DNA of 64,000 nt from Nitrospirales bacterium (GCA_963555755.3 OY820905.2:3136001-3200000), one strand, 5' to 3'. Numbered from the stretch's first letter, positions 18,589 through 29,171 are shown. Numbers and translations: made by a program. The notes: generated from the sequence alone by a model not told the origin.

Positions 18589-19220
18589 GTGAGGCTTTCA
18601 CAACGGCTGCTAGGGCTTCGTTGCTCAGCTGTCACACCTGTCACCTGTTAAGTCATGCTCGACGTTTGCCGGCGGGATGCCACGCGGTGTGTTCGCGCTG
18701 TGGAACGACACTCCATTTCCGTAAACCCAACAGCCTCGTTCGGACATGGGCGTTGACCCTGACGGCATTTATTCTCTACATTCCTGCGAACCTGTTACCT
18801 ATCATGAGCGTGATCTCGTATGGTGAAGGTGAGCCGGATACTATTATGAGTGGAGTGACCCACCTCATTGAAGCTCAGATGTACCCCATCGCGTTTTTAG
18901 TTTTTTTCGCGAGCGTTACCGTTCCCATGGCAAAGCTCATTGCCATAACCTATTTGCTTATCTCAGTTCAAAAAAAATCCCGTTGGCGTCCAAAGGATCG
19001 AACAGTGATGTATAGGGTGACTGAGGTCATCGGTCGATGGTCAATGCTGGATATTTTTATGATCGCCCTTCTCGCCGCATTGGTGAAACTTGGGGCAATT
19101 GCCACGATTGAACCAGGCCTCGGGGCCGTATGCTTTGCGGGGGTCGTCGTGATCACGATGTTTGCGGCGATGAGCTTTGATCCGAGACTTATTTGGGATG
19201 CTATGGAGGAAAAACCATGA
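18585..19220 (+). CDS. pqiA: Paraquat-inducible protein A (C-terminal half)
   Basis: CHTC..CSRCG, RKPNSL, YIPANLLP, IGRWSMLDIF, FDPRLIWD. Confidence 0.92.
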   Translation: MSEAFTTAARASLLSCHTCHLLSHARRLPAGCHAVCSRCGTTLHFRKPNSLVRTWALTLTAFILYIPANLLPIMSVISYGEGEPDTIMSGVTHLIEAQMYPIAFLVFFASVTVPMAKLIAITYLLISVQKKSRWRPKDRTVMYRVTEVIGRWSMLDIFMIALLAALVKLGAIATIEPGLGAVCFAGVVVITMFAAMSFDPRLIWDAMEEKP

Positions 19221-20932
19221 GTGACGAGCGACCGCATCAATCTCAAGTCGATGAATTGCCAGAGGCTGTTGTTGAAAAGCCTCGTGGAATGTCCATCGTT
19301 TGGCTCATCCCCGTGGTCGCAGCACTCATCGGAGGCTGGCTTGCCTATAAGACCATCTCTGAGAGCGGCCCTACGATCACTATTACATTCGAAGATGCTT
19401 CGGGTCTTGAGGCGGGAAAGACCAAGATCAAATATAAATCGGTCACCGTGGGTGAAGTTGAGAATATTGAACTGACGAGCCTCCAGAATGTCACGGTCAC
19501 GGCCAAGGTTGCCAAGCATGCTGAACAATACATGACGGAAAACACCAAGTTCTGGGTGGTCCGGCCTCGAATCGGGAGTAGTGGAATTTCCGGACTCGAG
19601 ACCCTTATTTCAGGCGCCTATATTGGCGTTGCTCCCCGGACCGGACCGCCGATGTTAATGTTCACCGGGCTTGAGACACCTCCGGGCGTACAAGTAGATG
19701 AAGAGGGAGCCACCTTTACGCTACAAGCGACGGACGTTGGCTCAGCTTTCCCAGGCACACCGATCCTGCACCACGACATTAACGTCGGGCGGGTTGTTGA
19801 TCACAATTTTGCGGAGGGCGAGGGTGGTGTGATCATCGACATTTTTATTGAAGCCCCGCACCATTTACTCGTGTGGGATACCAGTCGATTCTGGCGGAAG
19901 ACGGGGATTGACGTCTCCTACGGAACCCAAGGGTTGGAGGTCCAAATCGAGTCACTGGCTACGTTGCTCGCGGGAGGTATTGCCTTTGACACCCCGGTCA
20001 CGGCTGGGGGTTCGAACGAACCAAGCAAATCTGGCACTGTGTTCACGTTGTTCAAAAATATCAAGAGTATAGGTGAAGCCAAGTACATCAGGAAGGTCCC
20101 TTACCTTCTACATTTCGACGGATCCGTGAGAGGGCTCAGTCTCGGTGCCCCGGTAGAATTTCGAGGCATCAAGATTGGTACCGTCACGGATGTGGCGGTG
20201 ACGATCAACCCCAAGACCCTAGACATTGAGATTCCCGTGATCATTGAAATTCAGCCCGAACGACTGACCACCCCTGAAGCCCTGGGATCAAAAAAGCCGT
20301 ATGAGGTGGGGGCCCTCATGGTTAAGCGTGGAATGAGAGCCCGATTAGAAACGGGAAGTTTGCTCACGGGGCAACTCTTTATTGATCTCGATTTTTATCC
20401 CAAGCTTGCCCAAGAATCTTTGCTTATGACTGGTAAATATCCTGAGATTCCCACTATTCCATCCGCCATGGATGAATTTCGGAGAACCGCCTCTGATGTG
20501 TTGGCGGAAATACGGAAAGTTCCCTTCGACAAAATCGGACAAGAGATACTGGAAACGCTTCAAGGCGCCAACCAGTTCGCCAATTCGCCTGAGTTGTTAG
20601 AAGCTGTTCACACCTTAAATGCCACACTTGAGGAAATTCATGAATTGACGCGGGACACAAAAGGTTCCCTCAACAGAAGTTTTGATAGTCTTGAGACATT
20701 GACACAGCACCTGGATATCAAAGTGGTCACGTTGGCCGACAGCATTGAAAAAACCTTAGGCACCGCTCGTTCCGCTCTGGAGATTGCCGATCCCAATTCC
20801 CCCGCTGCGGTGAATCTCGCCACTGCCTTGGAGGAATTGTCGGCTGCTGCGCGCTCCATTCGGGTGTTGGCTGATTATCTCGAGCAACATCCGGAAGCAT
20901 TGGTCCAGGGCAAAGGCGGAGGAGAGAGGTAA
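19217..20932 (+). CDS. pqiB: PqiB MCE-domain intermembrane transport protein
   Basis: VWLIPVVA, GLEAGKTKIKY, FWVVRPR, GSVRGLSLGAPVEFRGI. Confidence 0.93.
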   Translation: MSDERPHQSQVDELPEAVVEKPRGMSIVWLIPVVAALIGGWLAYKTISESGPTITITFEDASGLEAGKTKIKYKSVTVGEVENIELTSLQNVTVTAKVAKHAEQYMTENTKFWVVRPRIGSSGISGLETLISGAYIGVAPRTGPPMLMFTGLETPPGVQVDEEGATFTLQATDVGSAFPGTPILHHDINVGRVVDHNFAEGEGGVIIDIFIEAPHHLLVWDTSRFWRKTGIDVSYGTQGLEVQIESLATLLAGGIAFDTPVTAGGSNEPSKSGTVFTLFKNIKSIGEAKYIRKVPYLLHFDGSVRGLSLGAPVEFRGIKIGTVTDVAVTINPKTLDIEIPVIIEIQPERLTTPEALGSKKPYEVGALMVKRGMRARLETGSLLTGQLFIDLDFYPKLAQESLLMTGKYPEIPTIPSAMDEFRRTASDVLAEIRKVPFDKIGQEILETLQGANQFANSPELLEAVHTLNATLEEIHELTRDTKGSLNRSFDSLETLTQHLDIKVVTLADSIEKTLGTARSALEIADPNSPAAVNLATALEELSAAARSIRVLADYLEQHPEALVQGKGGGER

Positions 20933-20936
20933 AGCC

Positions 20937-21557
20937 ATGAAAAGACGACTTGTTCTGTTGTTAATACTGAGCACATGGGTCATGAGCGTTTGGGGGTGTG
21001 CCACAACTCAACCTGCCAAATTTTATCTATTGAGTTCGTTGACCAAACCGAATGTGCTGGCCAAATCAAAGGGCGAAACATCAGACCTTTCCTTGGGTAT
21101 AGGCCCCATCAGTATTCCGAAATATCTGAACCGGCCCCAAATTGTCACCCGAGCCAGCCGCCATTCCCTGACGCTGTCAGAATTCCATAAATGGGCGGAA
21201 CAACTTGAAGACAATTTTGCTCAGGTGGTCGCGGAGAATCTCTCAATTCTCCTTTCCACGGATCGGGTCGAACTCTTCCCATGGAAACGGCAGCGCTCAA
21301 TCGATTACCAAGTGGTCATGGATGTGATTCAGTTTGATCGAAACCCAGAGGGAGAGGCTCTGCTTCTGGCACGCTGGAGCCTGATGGATGGGAAGGGACA
21401 ACCGGTCGTCATGGGAAAGAAGTCCCGTGTGACGGCGAAGCCAACAGGACAAGATTATGAATCTGTGGTTGAGGCGCTGAGTGAAACCCTTGCAGATCTC
21501 AGTCGAGAAATAGCTGGGGTCATCAAACCCTTTGCTCGAGGAAAAAAGAAAAAGTAA
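20937..21557 (+). CDS. pqiC: PqiC-family lipoprotein
   Basis: VWGC lipobox, PKYLNRPQIVTR, FHKWAE; follows pqiB. Confidence 0.9.
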   Translation: MKRRLVLLLILSTWVMSVWGCATTQPAKFYLLSSLTKPNVLAKSKGETSDLSLGIGPISIPKYLNRPQIVTRASRHSLTLSEFHKWAEQLEDNFAQVVAENLSILLSTDRVELFPWKRQRSIDYQVVMDVIQFDRNPEGEALLLARWSLMDGKGQPVVMGKKSRVTAKPTGQDYESVVEALSETLADLSREIAGVIKPFARGKKKK

Positions 21558-21789
21558 TTGGATTTTTTCGTCCAGCGGAGAACAGAAATTACATCCCGCC
21601 GAAACCGGTCAGATTAACTCTTTCCAAGATTCAATGCGTGGTACGTTGTTGACGGTAGCGCCGGATAAGCATCGAAAGAGTTCGACAAAAGCTGACAACG
21701 TGTAAACAATGGCGCATAGGAAATGCCTATATGAAGCCAGGCACTGAAAACGGCTCTGGTAAAGGAGTTCAATAGTTGGCCCCAACATG

Positions 21790-21945
21790 TAAGAAGCCTA
21801 TACCGAAAAAAGCGTCGCTGTTTAAGCTTGTGATCGGTTTAGAGAAGCAGTTCCTGGCCGGCAAGCGGGACCGGGCAGCCGATCTGGAAAGCGCGATCCG
21901 GGTCTTTCTCGAATTTCTTCGAGGATTTGAATCCCTTGATGTAGA
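21790..21945 (+). pseudogene. Possible N-terminal fragment of a LOG-family protein
   Basis: FLAGKRDRAADLESAIRVFLEFLRGFESL resembles the segment preceding the LOG VTVFGSAR motif, which is missing. Confidence 0.4.
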
Positions 21946-21950
21946 CCAAC

Positions 21951-22208
21951 ATGACCGTCGATAACACGGACGTGATGGTGCCGCACGTGTCCGCCGTATC
22001 GAAGGTGCTCTATATGGGGAACAAAGTCGGGTTTCGTTACAAGTATCTGGGTCTCGACTGGGTCACCGGGGAATTCAAGGCCCGGTGGACCTTTCCCACC
22101 GACAGCGCCCCGTACAACACCTGGGGCGGTATCGGCTATTTCCTTGAAGATGGTGATCTGATCACTGGTGGTTTCTTTAGCGCCAAGCGAGTAAACTTCG
22201 GAAAATGA
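21951..22208 (+). pseudogene. C-terminal fragment of hypothetical protein
   Basis: Protein-like 85-aa ORF (LDWVTGE..GGFFS) with GC-rich codon usage, abutting another fragment. Confidence 0.4.
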
Positions 22209-22401
22209 TTTAATGATGTCGTGTATTTTTCTAAGGTCATGGATGCTCGTCATGGCTTTTTTCCTGCGGACGTCATAGACGTTTCTGTGACCTGACGGGG
22301 CCTTTGTGGCATTTATGACACCGGAATATTTGATCACTGCCTCGTAGAAAAGAAGGAAAATGGCCATTCCCACGTTCCCTCTAACCCCAGGAGGTCTAGT
22401 C

Positions 22402-23115
22402 ATGAAGTCGTTAACGCGTATCGTATTATGTGTGTTTGCCCTAGTGGTGGCAGTCGGATGCGCCTCAACCAAGGTAACCAAGCACGAATCGAAGATCGGC
22501 ACGAAAAAAATTACTCGGCCCGATCGTATTTATGTGTATCCCTTTGCGGCCACACCTGCCGACATCCCAACCTGGTCCGCTTCGGCAGGCCGGTATGCTG
22601 AAAGCACCACACCACAAACGTCAGAGCAAATCGAGATGGGTCGAAACCTGGGCGTCCTCGTGGCGAAGGAATTGGTCACGGAAATTCAGAAGATGGGACT
22701 TTCGGCACTGAGGGGTGGCAAACACACCGTTCCACGAATCAACAACCTTCTGATAACAGGTTATTTTGAAGCGGACGAAGAAGGCAGTACGGCCAAACGC
22801 CTCTCACTTGGTTTCGGCTCCGGGGCCGCAGAGTTAACGACAGCCGTGGAGGGCTACCAAATGACCCCTGAGGGCCCGCGCCTCCTCGGATCAGGCCAGC
22901 TCCAATCCGGCGGAGGCAAAACGCCTGGTCTGATTGTCCCTCTTGCGGTTCTCGCCGCCACCGCTAACCCGATTGGCCTTATTGTTATGGGAGGGATGAA
23001 AGTGCATGGTGAGGTGACAGGCAAGAGTAAAATCGAGGGTGCGGCTAAACGAACGGCCGAGACCATCGCTGACCGGCTACGGGTACGATTCAAGGAACAG
23101 GGGTGGATTCGGTAA
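22402..23115 (+). CDS. DUF4410-like lipoprotein
   Basis: AGGAGG RBS, AVGC lipobox, IYVYPF, DEEGSTAKRLSLGFGSG, GGKTPG. Confidence 0.75.
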   Translation: MKSLTRIVLCVFALVVAVGCASTKVTKHESKIGTKKITRPDRIYVYPFAATPADIPTWSASAGRYAESTTPQTSEQIEMGRNLGVLVAKELVTEIQKMGLSALRGGKHTVPRINNLLITGYFEADEEGSTAKRLSLGFGSGAAELTTAVEGYQMTPEGPRLLGSGQLQSGGGKTPGLIVPLAVLAATANPIGLIVMGGMKVHGEVTGKSKIEGAAKRTAETIADRLRVRFKEQGWIR

Positions 23116-23275
23116 ATGAACAATGAAAAATGAATAGTGAACAATGAAAAAATGAACAACTAAAAATGAAAAGTGAAAAATGAAACTTTAAAAGTTAGAG
23201 AGCCAATTTTTCATTTATCATTGTTCATTTTTAATTCTCCCCATCATTTTTCATTTATCATTATTCATTTATAAC
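23115..23275. repeat. 7-nt-period (AATGAAA) inverted repeat element upstream of four-helix-bundle gene
   Basis: aatgaac aatgaaa aatgaat agtgaac ... then tttcatt tatcatt gttcatt. Confidence 0.9.
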
Positions 23276-23277
23276 TT

Positions 23278-23631
23278 ATGAGAAATAATCCGCTTAAAGA
23301 TAAGAGTTATACATTTGCAATTCGTGTGGTGAAACTATCTCAATTTTTACAGCAGGATAAAAAAGAGTTTGTGCTGAGCAAGCAAGTGCTTCGCAGTGGT
23401 ACTGCAATCGGTGCACTCATTCGGGAGGCGGAGTTTGGGCAGAGTAAGGCGGATTTTGCTAGTAAAATGAGTATTTCATTGAAAGAGGCTAACGAAACGG
23501 AATATTGGTTGTCTTTGTTAAAGGATACAGACTTTATCAGCAAAGATCAGTTTGAATCTTTGCAGTCAGATTGTAAGGAATTAATCGCCATGTTGGTATC
23601 AACGGTAAAAACTTCAAGAAATGAAAAGTGA
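23278..23631 (+). CDS. Four helix bundle protein (TIGR02436 / 23S rRNA IVP family)
   Basis: KSYTFAIRVV, LSKQVLRSGTAIGALIREA, SKADF..ISLKEANETEYWL. Confidence 0.92.
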   Translation: MRNNPLKDKSYTFAIRVVKLSQFLQQDKKEFVLSKQVLRSGTAIGALIREAEFGQSKADFASKMSISLKEANETEYWLSLLKDTDFISKDQFESLQSDCKELIAMLVSTVKTSRNEK

Positions 23632-23730
23632 AAAATGATAAATGAAAAATGGAAATTAAAAAGCTTGAGACCAAATTTTTCATTTATCATTGTTCATTTT
23701 TAATTTCCCCAATCATTGTTCATTTTTAAT
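23620..23730. repeat. Second copy of the AATGAAA element, overlapping the stop codon of the four-helix gene
   Basis: aatgaaa agtgaaa aatgata aatgaaa ... tttttcatttatcattgttcatttttaatt, also present upstream. Confidence 0.9.
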
Positions 23731-23737
23731 TTCTGCC

Positions 23738-23990
23738 ATGCAAGACAAAGTCGTCAAATACTCCGTTCTATTCATGGCCCTGGTACTGAGTGCGATTGTG
23801 CTGCAGACGCTGGCGGAGGTGCTCCCGCCTCTGGCTATCGCCGTGCTGCTGCTGTTCGTGTTCACGCCGCTGGCGAGCTACTCGAAGGAAAAGAGCATCC
23901 CGGCGTGGCTCACGTTCTCGGGACTGCTCGTGGCAGTGATCTTGCCCCTGAGCTTCGCCGGTTCTTTCTTCCACTTCTGGGATAGACCAC
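23738..23990 (+). pseudogene. N-terminal fragment of AI-2E-like membrane transporter
   Basis: VLQTLAEVLPPLAIAVLLLFVFTPL..KSIPAWL hydrophobic pattern, truncated. Confidence 0.5.
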
Positions 23991-24245
23991 ATCGACAAGT
24001 CACCCGCGACGAAGGTCGCCTAATTTTAACCCCGGAGCCGTGGAGAATTTTAACTAACTTTGGGCTTGACTCTTTCAAGATGAAGGCCTACTGACGGTGG
24101 GGAATGGGTATACACACCAATTTAACGTGATTTTCCACCAACATACCGATTAACTCGTTCCGGAGTTAGGAATGGATTTTTTCAATTGTTTTTATTGACT
24201 TGAGGGAAGTTCATAGATTACAAACTTACTGCCTATTAAGCAGAG

Positions 24246-25550
24246 ATGGCATCAAAGGTTTACATGGCCTGGAAAGTTTTAAATTTGAGTCCCATATGTG
24301 ACATGATTCCATGGGCTAAACCGTATTCAAGGAAGTTGAGAGTCCTCCTCACCATTAGCTTGCTCTTGACCGGGAGTGGCTGCCTTTCCCCGATTGCTCT
24401 TCACCAGGCGGTGCTAGAGTATGACCGAACGACTGCCAAAATTCAGGCAGAAATACTCCTCCTGAACATTGTTCGAGCTCAACATGTGGAACCTCTGCAC
24501 TTTACGGCAGTCACCAGTGTGGCGGCCACGTTTAATTTCGAGACAACGGCAGGAATTGCTCCCGGTCAAGCTGGACTGACGGAAACGATCGTGGCTCCCG
24601 TGTTCACCGCCACCGTTTCCGAAAATCCGACCATCACGATTGTGCCTATTGAAGGTGAGGAATTTACTAAACGAGTACTGGCTCCCGTCACGCAGGAGAA
24701 AGTCTCCTTCCTCGCAACCCAGGGGGTTGAGCCGGGTCTCCTGCTTCGGTTGTTAGCCGAAAAGTTTATTGCCATAGGAGACAATGAAACCAAAGTCTTC
24801 CGCAATAATCCAAGATACAAGGACCAATATATTGAATTCCGTAAACGGGTGTTACATCTGTCCTCCTTGGTGGTGGCGAATCAGCTATTTGTAGAACATA
24901 TCCGTTACGAAAAGCGTCTGCCCTTCAAGCTTCCGCCAGAAGAATCGAAAGATGATATCGTTCAGAGCCTGGATGAAATTATTGGGGCGGAAGAAAAGGG
25001 ATACCGATGGAGGTCCATAACCAAGGGTGGTACTCGTGTTCTTACCAAGAAAGTCAGGGGCCGACTAGCTATCACCAACTACTCTATGCGCGAACTCTCT
25101 AATGAAGAACGACGCTTCCTGCACGAAGAAGCCAGAATTCATACCGAGAACACCATTCTTGTTGATATTCGTCCGGATAAACCTGGGGGTAACTTCCCCA
25201 TTCATGGATTTTTTTGGTTCCGCAGCTTCGCGGATACCCTGCAATATGTGGCAAGGGAAAATTCAACCTTTCCCGGGTTCGATGTCCGGCCGGATCCACG
25301 AACAGGCCCAATTGGTCCAAATCCTCCATTACCCCTTAAAATTGAGGTATCTTCAAATAAGCCGGCGAATGCCGCCTTCAAGGTGAAACATCATGACTTT
25401 TGGTACTGGATTAAAAAAGGAACGGGGGGGCTCCCGAAAGGAGACACTGCTTGGAACCTGGAAGCATTTCGCACGCTGAACCAACTCTATCAAATGACCG
25501 TGGCTGATTTGAGCCATAGACCCAGTCCCACCATCACGATAGCAAAATAA
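24246..25550 (+). CDS. Hypothetical lipoprotein
   Basis: 434-aa ORF, GSGC lipobox, LLLNIVR and NPTITIVP motifs. Confidence 0.75.
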   Translation: MASKVYMAWKVLNLSPICDMIPWAKPYSRKLRVLLTISLLLTGSGCLSPIALHQAVLEYDRTTAKIQAEILLLNIVRAQHVEPLHFTAVTSVAATFNFETTAGIAPGQAGLTETIVAPVFTATVSENPTITIVPIEGEEFTKRVLAPVTQEKVSFLATQGVEPGLLLRLLAEKFIAIGDNETKVFRNNPRYKDQYIEFRKRVLHLSSLVVANQLFVEHIRYEKRLPFKLPPEESKDDIVQSLDEIIGAEEKGYRWRSITKGGTRVLTKKVRGRLAITNYSMRELSNEERRFLHEEARIHTENTILVDIRPDKPGGNFPIHGFFWFRSFADTLQYVARENSTFPGFDVRPDPRTGPIGPNPPLPLKIEVSSNKPANAAFKVKHHDFWYWIKKGTGGLPKGDTAWNLEAFRTLNQLYQMTVADLSHRPSPTITIAK

Positions 25551-26120
25551 CTATCAGCAATAACTTTGTATCGCTCCCTCGGTCGGGTGGGGTGGTGAGA
25601 GACTTCTGCCCGGTTGTTCGCAAAAAAGAACCCAATAGCACCTGGCTATCCTTAATACAAGCCCTTCCCTCAAGTTACAAAGAGAAAGTGTAGAGCAACT
25701 CGATTTGAAATGTAAACAAAACATGCAAAACATCTGAGGTTGAACAGTAAAAGGCTCACAAGGGGATTGAAGAATATTTCTTCATTTGGTCATGCCTGCA
25801 GCCAATTACCTAGCGAATGTGCCTGCAGGATTCGTGGGAAATACCAAGATGAAAGAGAACGTGACCGATTGTTAAACAGGATCTTACTGCTAGTAGGTGT
25901 TGATCGAACAGCGGAGACCAAAAATGTGAAGAAGTCGTTAAACCCCAGCAACGAAGTTGGGGCAGTGAACTTGTGTTTGATCTATTGGGTCTGTGGGTCG
26001 CTTTGCCAATTGCCGGGGATTCTAGAAGACTGTGTTATTCCAGAAAAGCCCATTAAGAGGCTGAAGGTGTCTCTTCCCCAAGGGATTCAAAAATATTTAG
26101 ATTTTCGAAAAAATTATAAA

Positions 26121-26513
26121 TCAATCAAGTGAAAATGAGGGGGGAACATATAGGGAAAGGCATTCAAGGTCTTGTGTCTCATACAACGACCAGCAGGCTC
26201 CCAAAATTTCTTCCTCTTGGTTTTGGATAACCCAAAGGGGCCCCAAGTCTCCTGGATCATCCCCAATCCAGGCTGGTTGAACAATAGCGGTTGCGTTTGA
26301 ATCACTGCGAATCTGAAGTGAAGTATGAGCGAAATCCGAATCAAGGTTCTCTATAGGTGTGAATGTGACAGTCCAATGTTCCCCATCTGCTTCAAAAGTT
26401 CCCTTACCCATGGTCTCTGAAAAACCAAGTTGTAAGGAACCCAATACTAAAGCAAAGGTCAGCACGAAAAGTCTCATGGGAGTATCATCCCTTTCTCCTA
26501 GATCAAAAGGCAA
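26121..26513 (-). CDS. Hypothetical secreted protein
   Basis: Signal-peptide-like MRLFVLTFALVLGSLQLG; acidic mature region. Confidence 0.5.
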   Translation of the reverse strand: MPFDLGERDDTPMRLFVLTFALVLGSLQLGFSETMGKGTFEADGEHWTVTFTPIENLDSDFAHTSLQIRSDSNATAIVQPAWIGDDPGDLGPLWVIQNQEEEILGACWSLYETQDLECLSLYVPPSFSLD

Positions 26514-26738
26514 GGGGCCACAGAGGCATTATTGTGGAAGAAACTCTGCTCTGATTCTTCTGCCAGTTTTCCTCGCCACCCCAAAATGGAGGAAAATAAT
26601 AAGGATTGGCTGGGTAGTGCTCCTCATGCTATGGTGCCGATCATCAATTTGTAGTATCCTCACACGTGACCCTCCACAAAATGTTGTGGTTTATGAGGGC
26701 TCCACTATCTATCTCTTCAACGCCATAAAGCCAAGCGT

Positions 26739-29171
26739 ATGCTGAACCGTGTTTGGGTTTGCCTGATATCCCTCCTCTTGTCCTTGAGCCCTTCTTTTTC
26801 GGAGTCGTCCTTTGCAAAATCCCGATTGCCCAAAGTCCGGATTGGGATAGTTACGGACGGGCCCTATCAAGACTATGGATGGGGGAAGGTCGTCAAAAGC
26901 AAATTATTCCTGAAAGAAATTCTTGAGCTGACGCGGGGTGAATTCGACGTCATTTTTCCTAAAAACAGATTCGTGCATGGGAATTGGTCAGTCAAAGGCA
27001 TTAAGAGAGCGGTTGATTTTCTGCTGGCCGATCGGAGCATCGATCTCATTTTGGCGTTGGGCGTCCTTGCCTCCCATGATATCAGTCGCCGTCCGTATCT
27101 TCCGAAACCGGCTGTGGCCCCCTTTGTGATTGATATTGAACTACAAGGATTGCCTTTCCGTCTGGGCGCATCGGGTGTTCGAAATCTCAATTATTTATCC
27201 TTGCCCCATTCCTTTGAGCGGGCGGTCAAAGCGTATAAAGAAATTTTGCCATTTTCAAAAATGACACTCTTTGTGGATCAAGTGGTGATGGAAGCATTGC
27301 CGCAATTGCAGGTGAAAATTCAACGGGCCGCCAAGGCGAATAATTTAGAGATTACCGCAGTGCCAGTTGAGACGTATATTCAACCAGCCTTGGTAGCCAT
27401 TCCCGATGAGACCGAAGCCGTGTTGGTGACACCGCTTTTGCGCCTCCCATTGTCTGAATTTCAAGCCCTGGTACAGGGGTTAATTGACCGAAAACTTCCG
27501 AGCTTTTCTCTCTATGGTCGGGAGGAAGTGGAGCATGGACTGTTGGCATCGATTGCGCCGGAGGCCAATACGCTTCGAATGGCTCGCCGTGTGGCGCTTA
27601 ATGTTCATCGAATTTTGCTCGGTGAAGATGCTGGAAGTCTTTTGGTTTCCCTGCCGGAAGCCGAGCGACTGACCATCAACATGGCGACAGCCCGCGCGGT
27701 GGAAACCTGGCCGACATTTCGGGTGCTGACTGAAGCGGATCTTATCAATGAAGATGTGGAATTCGTCAAGCGACGTCTGTCGCTGTATGCGGTGGTTCGG
27801 GAAGCGGTGTCGGTCAACCTCGACCTGGCCGCCGCGGATCGGCGAGTCGCGGCTGGAATGGCTACTATCCGCAATGCGCGATCAGCACTTCTGCCTCAAT
27901 TTGAAATGGGAAGTAATGCGACCATGATTGATCAGGATCGAGCGAGTGCAAGCTTTGGCGCGAATCCGGAACGGTCTATGCGGGCTACCGGAACGTTTTC
28001 GCAATTGTTGTACTCCGACAAAGCCTGGAGTGATTTCACCGTCCAAGAAAAAACTCAGATCTCGCGTGAAGCCGAACGCAGCGAATTACGGTTGGACATT
28101 CTTCAGGAGGCGGCCGTGTCGTATTTGAATGTGTTGCGGGGGAAAACTTCCCTCCGCATTCAAAAAGACAATCTGAGGTTGACTCGATCCAATCTTGAAT
28201 TGGCGCGTGTTCGTGAGTCCATCGGTTCGGCGGCTCGGGATGAAGTGTATCGGTGGGAAAGTGAAATTGCGAATGGCCGGCGTGCAGTATTGAATGTCCA
28301 AGCCCAATTACAGCAGGCCAACGTGGCGTTGAATCGTATTTTGCATCGTCCCCTTGAGGAACTCTTTATGACCGAGGAAGCGAGTTTGGAGGACCCCCTG
28401 TTGTTCGGAGACCTCAATCGGTTGTTTGCCTTTATTGATAATCCCAGACACTTTGGTCTGTTTCGAAATTTTCAAGTTCAGGAAGGCCTCAATGTTTCAC
28501 CGGAAATCAGACGACTCAATGCGCTGATTGCCGGTCAGGAACGAACAGTTCTGAATGCCCAACGTGCCTATTGGGCGCCGGAAGTCTCCCTGCAGGCTGA
28601 TGTGGATCAACGTTTTGTCTCCGATGGGGCAGGCCAGGCTGGTCCTCCTGCTGCTTTAGGGGCGGGACAGGACAATACGCAATGGTCCGTGGGCCTCGGA
28701 TTAACCTTTCCTCTTTTCAGCGGGGGGCGGAAAGAAGCCACAGAGAGCAAAGCCTTAGAGGATTTGCGACGATTTCGATTGGAGCGTGAAGCGACAATCG
28801 GGCGAGTGGAAGAGCGCATCCGGTCCGCCCTGTTTCAAGCGTCCGCGTCCTTTCCCGGAATTCGGCTTTCCCGCGAGGCGGCGGACGCGTCGGGAAAGAA
28901 TTTGGAACTTGTCGTGGATCAATACTCGCGCGGGGCCGTTGATATTATTAAATTATTGAATAGCCAGAATGCCGCGTTGAATGCCAACGAATCAGCGGCC
29001 AATGCGGTGTATGATTTTTTGATTGACATGATGAATATTGATCGGGCCGTCGGACGATTCGATTATTTTTTGTATAAAGAGGAACGGACCGCATGGTTTG
29101 GCCGGCTCACCGAATTTTTTAAACAGGCTGGGGTGAAGCCATCGAAACACATGACAATCAGTCCATTTTAG
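26739..29171 (+). CDS. ABC substrate-binding-like domain fused to TolC/OEP outer membrane efflux protein
   Basis: Signal peptide; N-terminal IGIVTDG..LTINMATARA; C-terminal OEP repeats (ARSALLPQ, FPLFSGG). Confidence 0.82.
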   Translation: MLNRVWVCLISLLLSLSPSFSESSFAKSRLPKVRIGIVTDGPYQDYGWGKVVKSKLFLKEILELTRGEFDVIFPKNRFVHGNWSVKGIKRAVDFLLADRSIDLILALGVLASHDISRRPYLPKPAVAPFVIDIELQGLPFRLGASGVRNLNYLSLPHSFERAVKAYKEILPFSKMTLFVDQVVMEALPQLQVKIQRAAKANNLEITAVPVETYIQPALVAIPDETEAVLVTPLLRLPLSEFQALVQGLIDRKLPSFSLYGREEVEHGLLASIAPEANTLRMARRVALNVHRILLGEDAGSLLVSLPEAERLTINMATARAVETWPTFRVLTEADLINEDVEFVKRRLSLYAVVREAVSVNLDLAAADRRVAAGMATIRNARSALLPQFEMGSNATMIDQDRASASFGANPERSMRATGTFSQLLYSDKAWSDFTVQEKTQISREAERSELRLDILQEAAVSYLNVLRGKTSLRIQKDNLRLTRSNLELARVRESIGSAARDEVYRWESEIANGRRAVLNVQAQLQQANVALNRILHRPLEELFMTEEASLEDPLLFGDLNRLFAFIDNPRHFGLFRNFQVQEGLNVSPEIRRLNALIAGQERTVLNAQRAYWAPEVSLQADVDQRFVSDGAGQAGPPAALGAGQDNTQWSVGLGLTFPLFSGGRKEATESKALEDLRRFRLEREATIGRVEERIRSALFQASASFPGIRLSREAADASGKNLELVVDQYSRGAVDIIKLLNSQNAALNANESAANAVYDFLIDMMNIDRAVGRFDYFLYKEERTAWFGRLTEFFKQAGVKPSKHMTISPF

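Noticed and set aside
23278..23631. Diversity-generating retroelement (Avd-like gene) or 23S rRNA intervening sequence
   Set aside because: No reverse transcriptase, no TR/VR pair and no rRNA sequence were seen in the window.
25740..26132. 130-aa ORF
   Set aside because: TTG start, no recognisable motif, overlaps a convergent ORF; cannot be supported.
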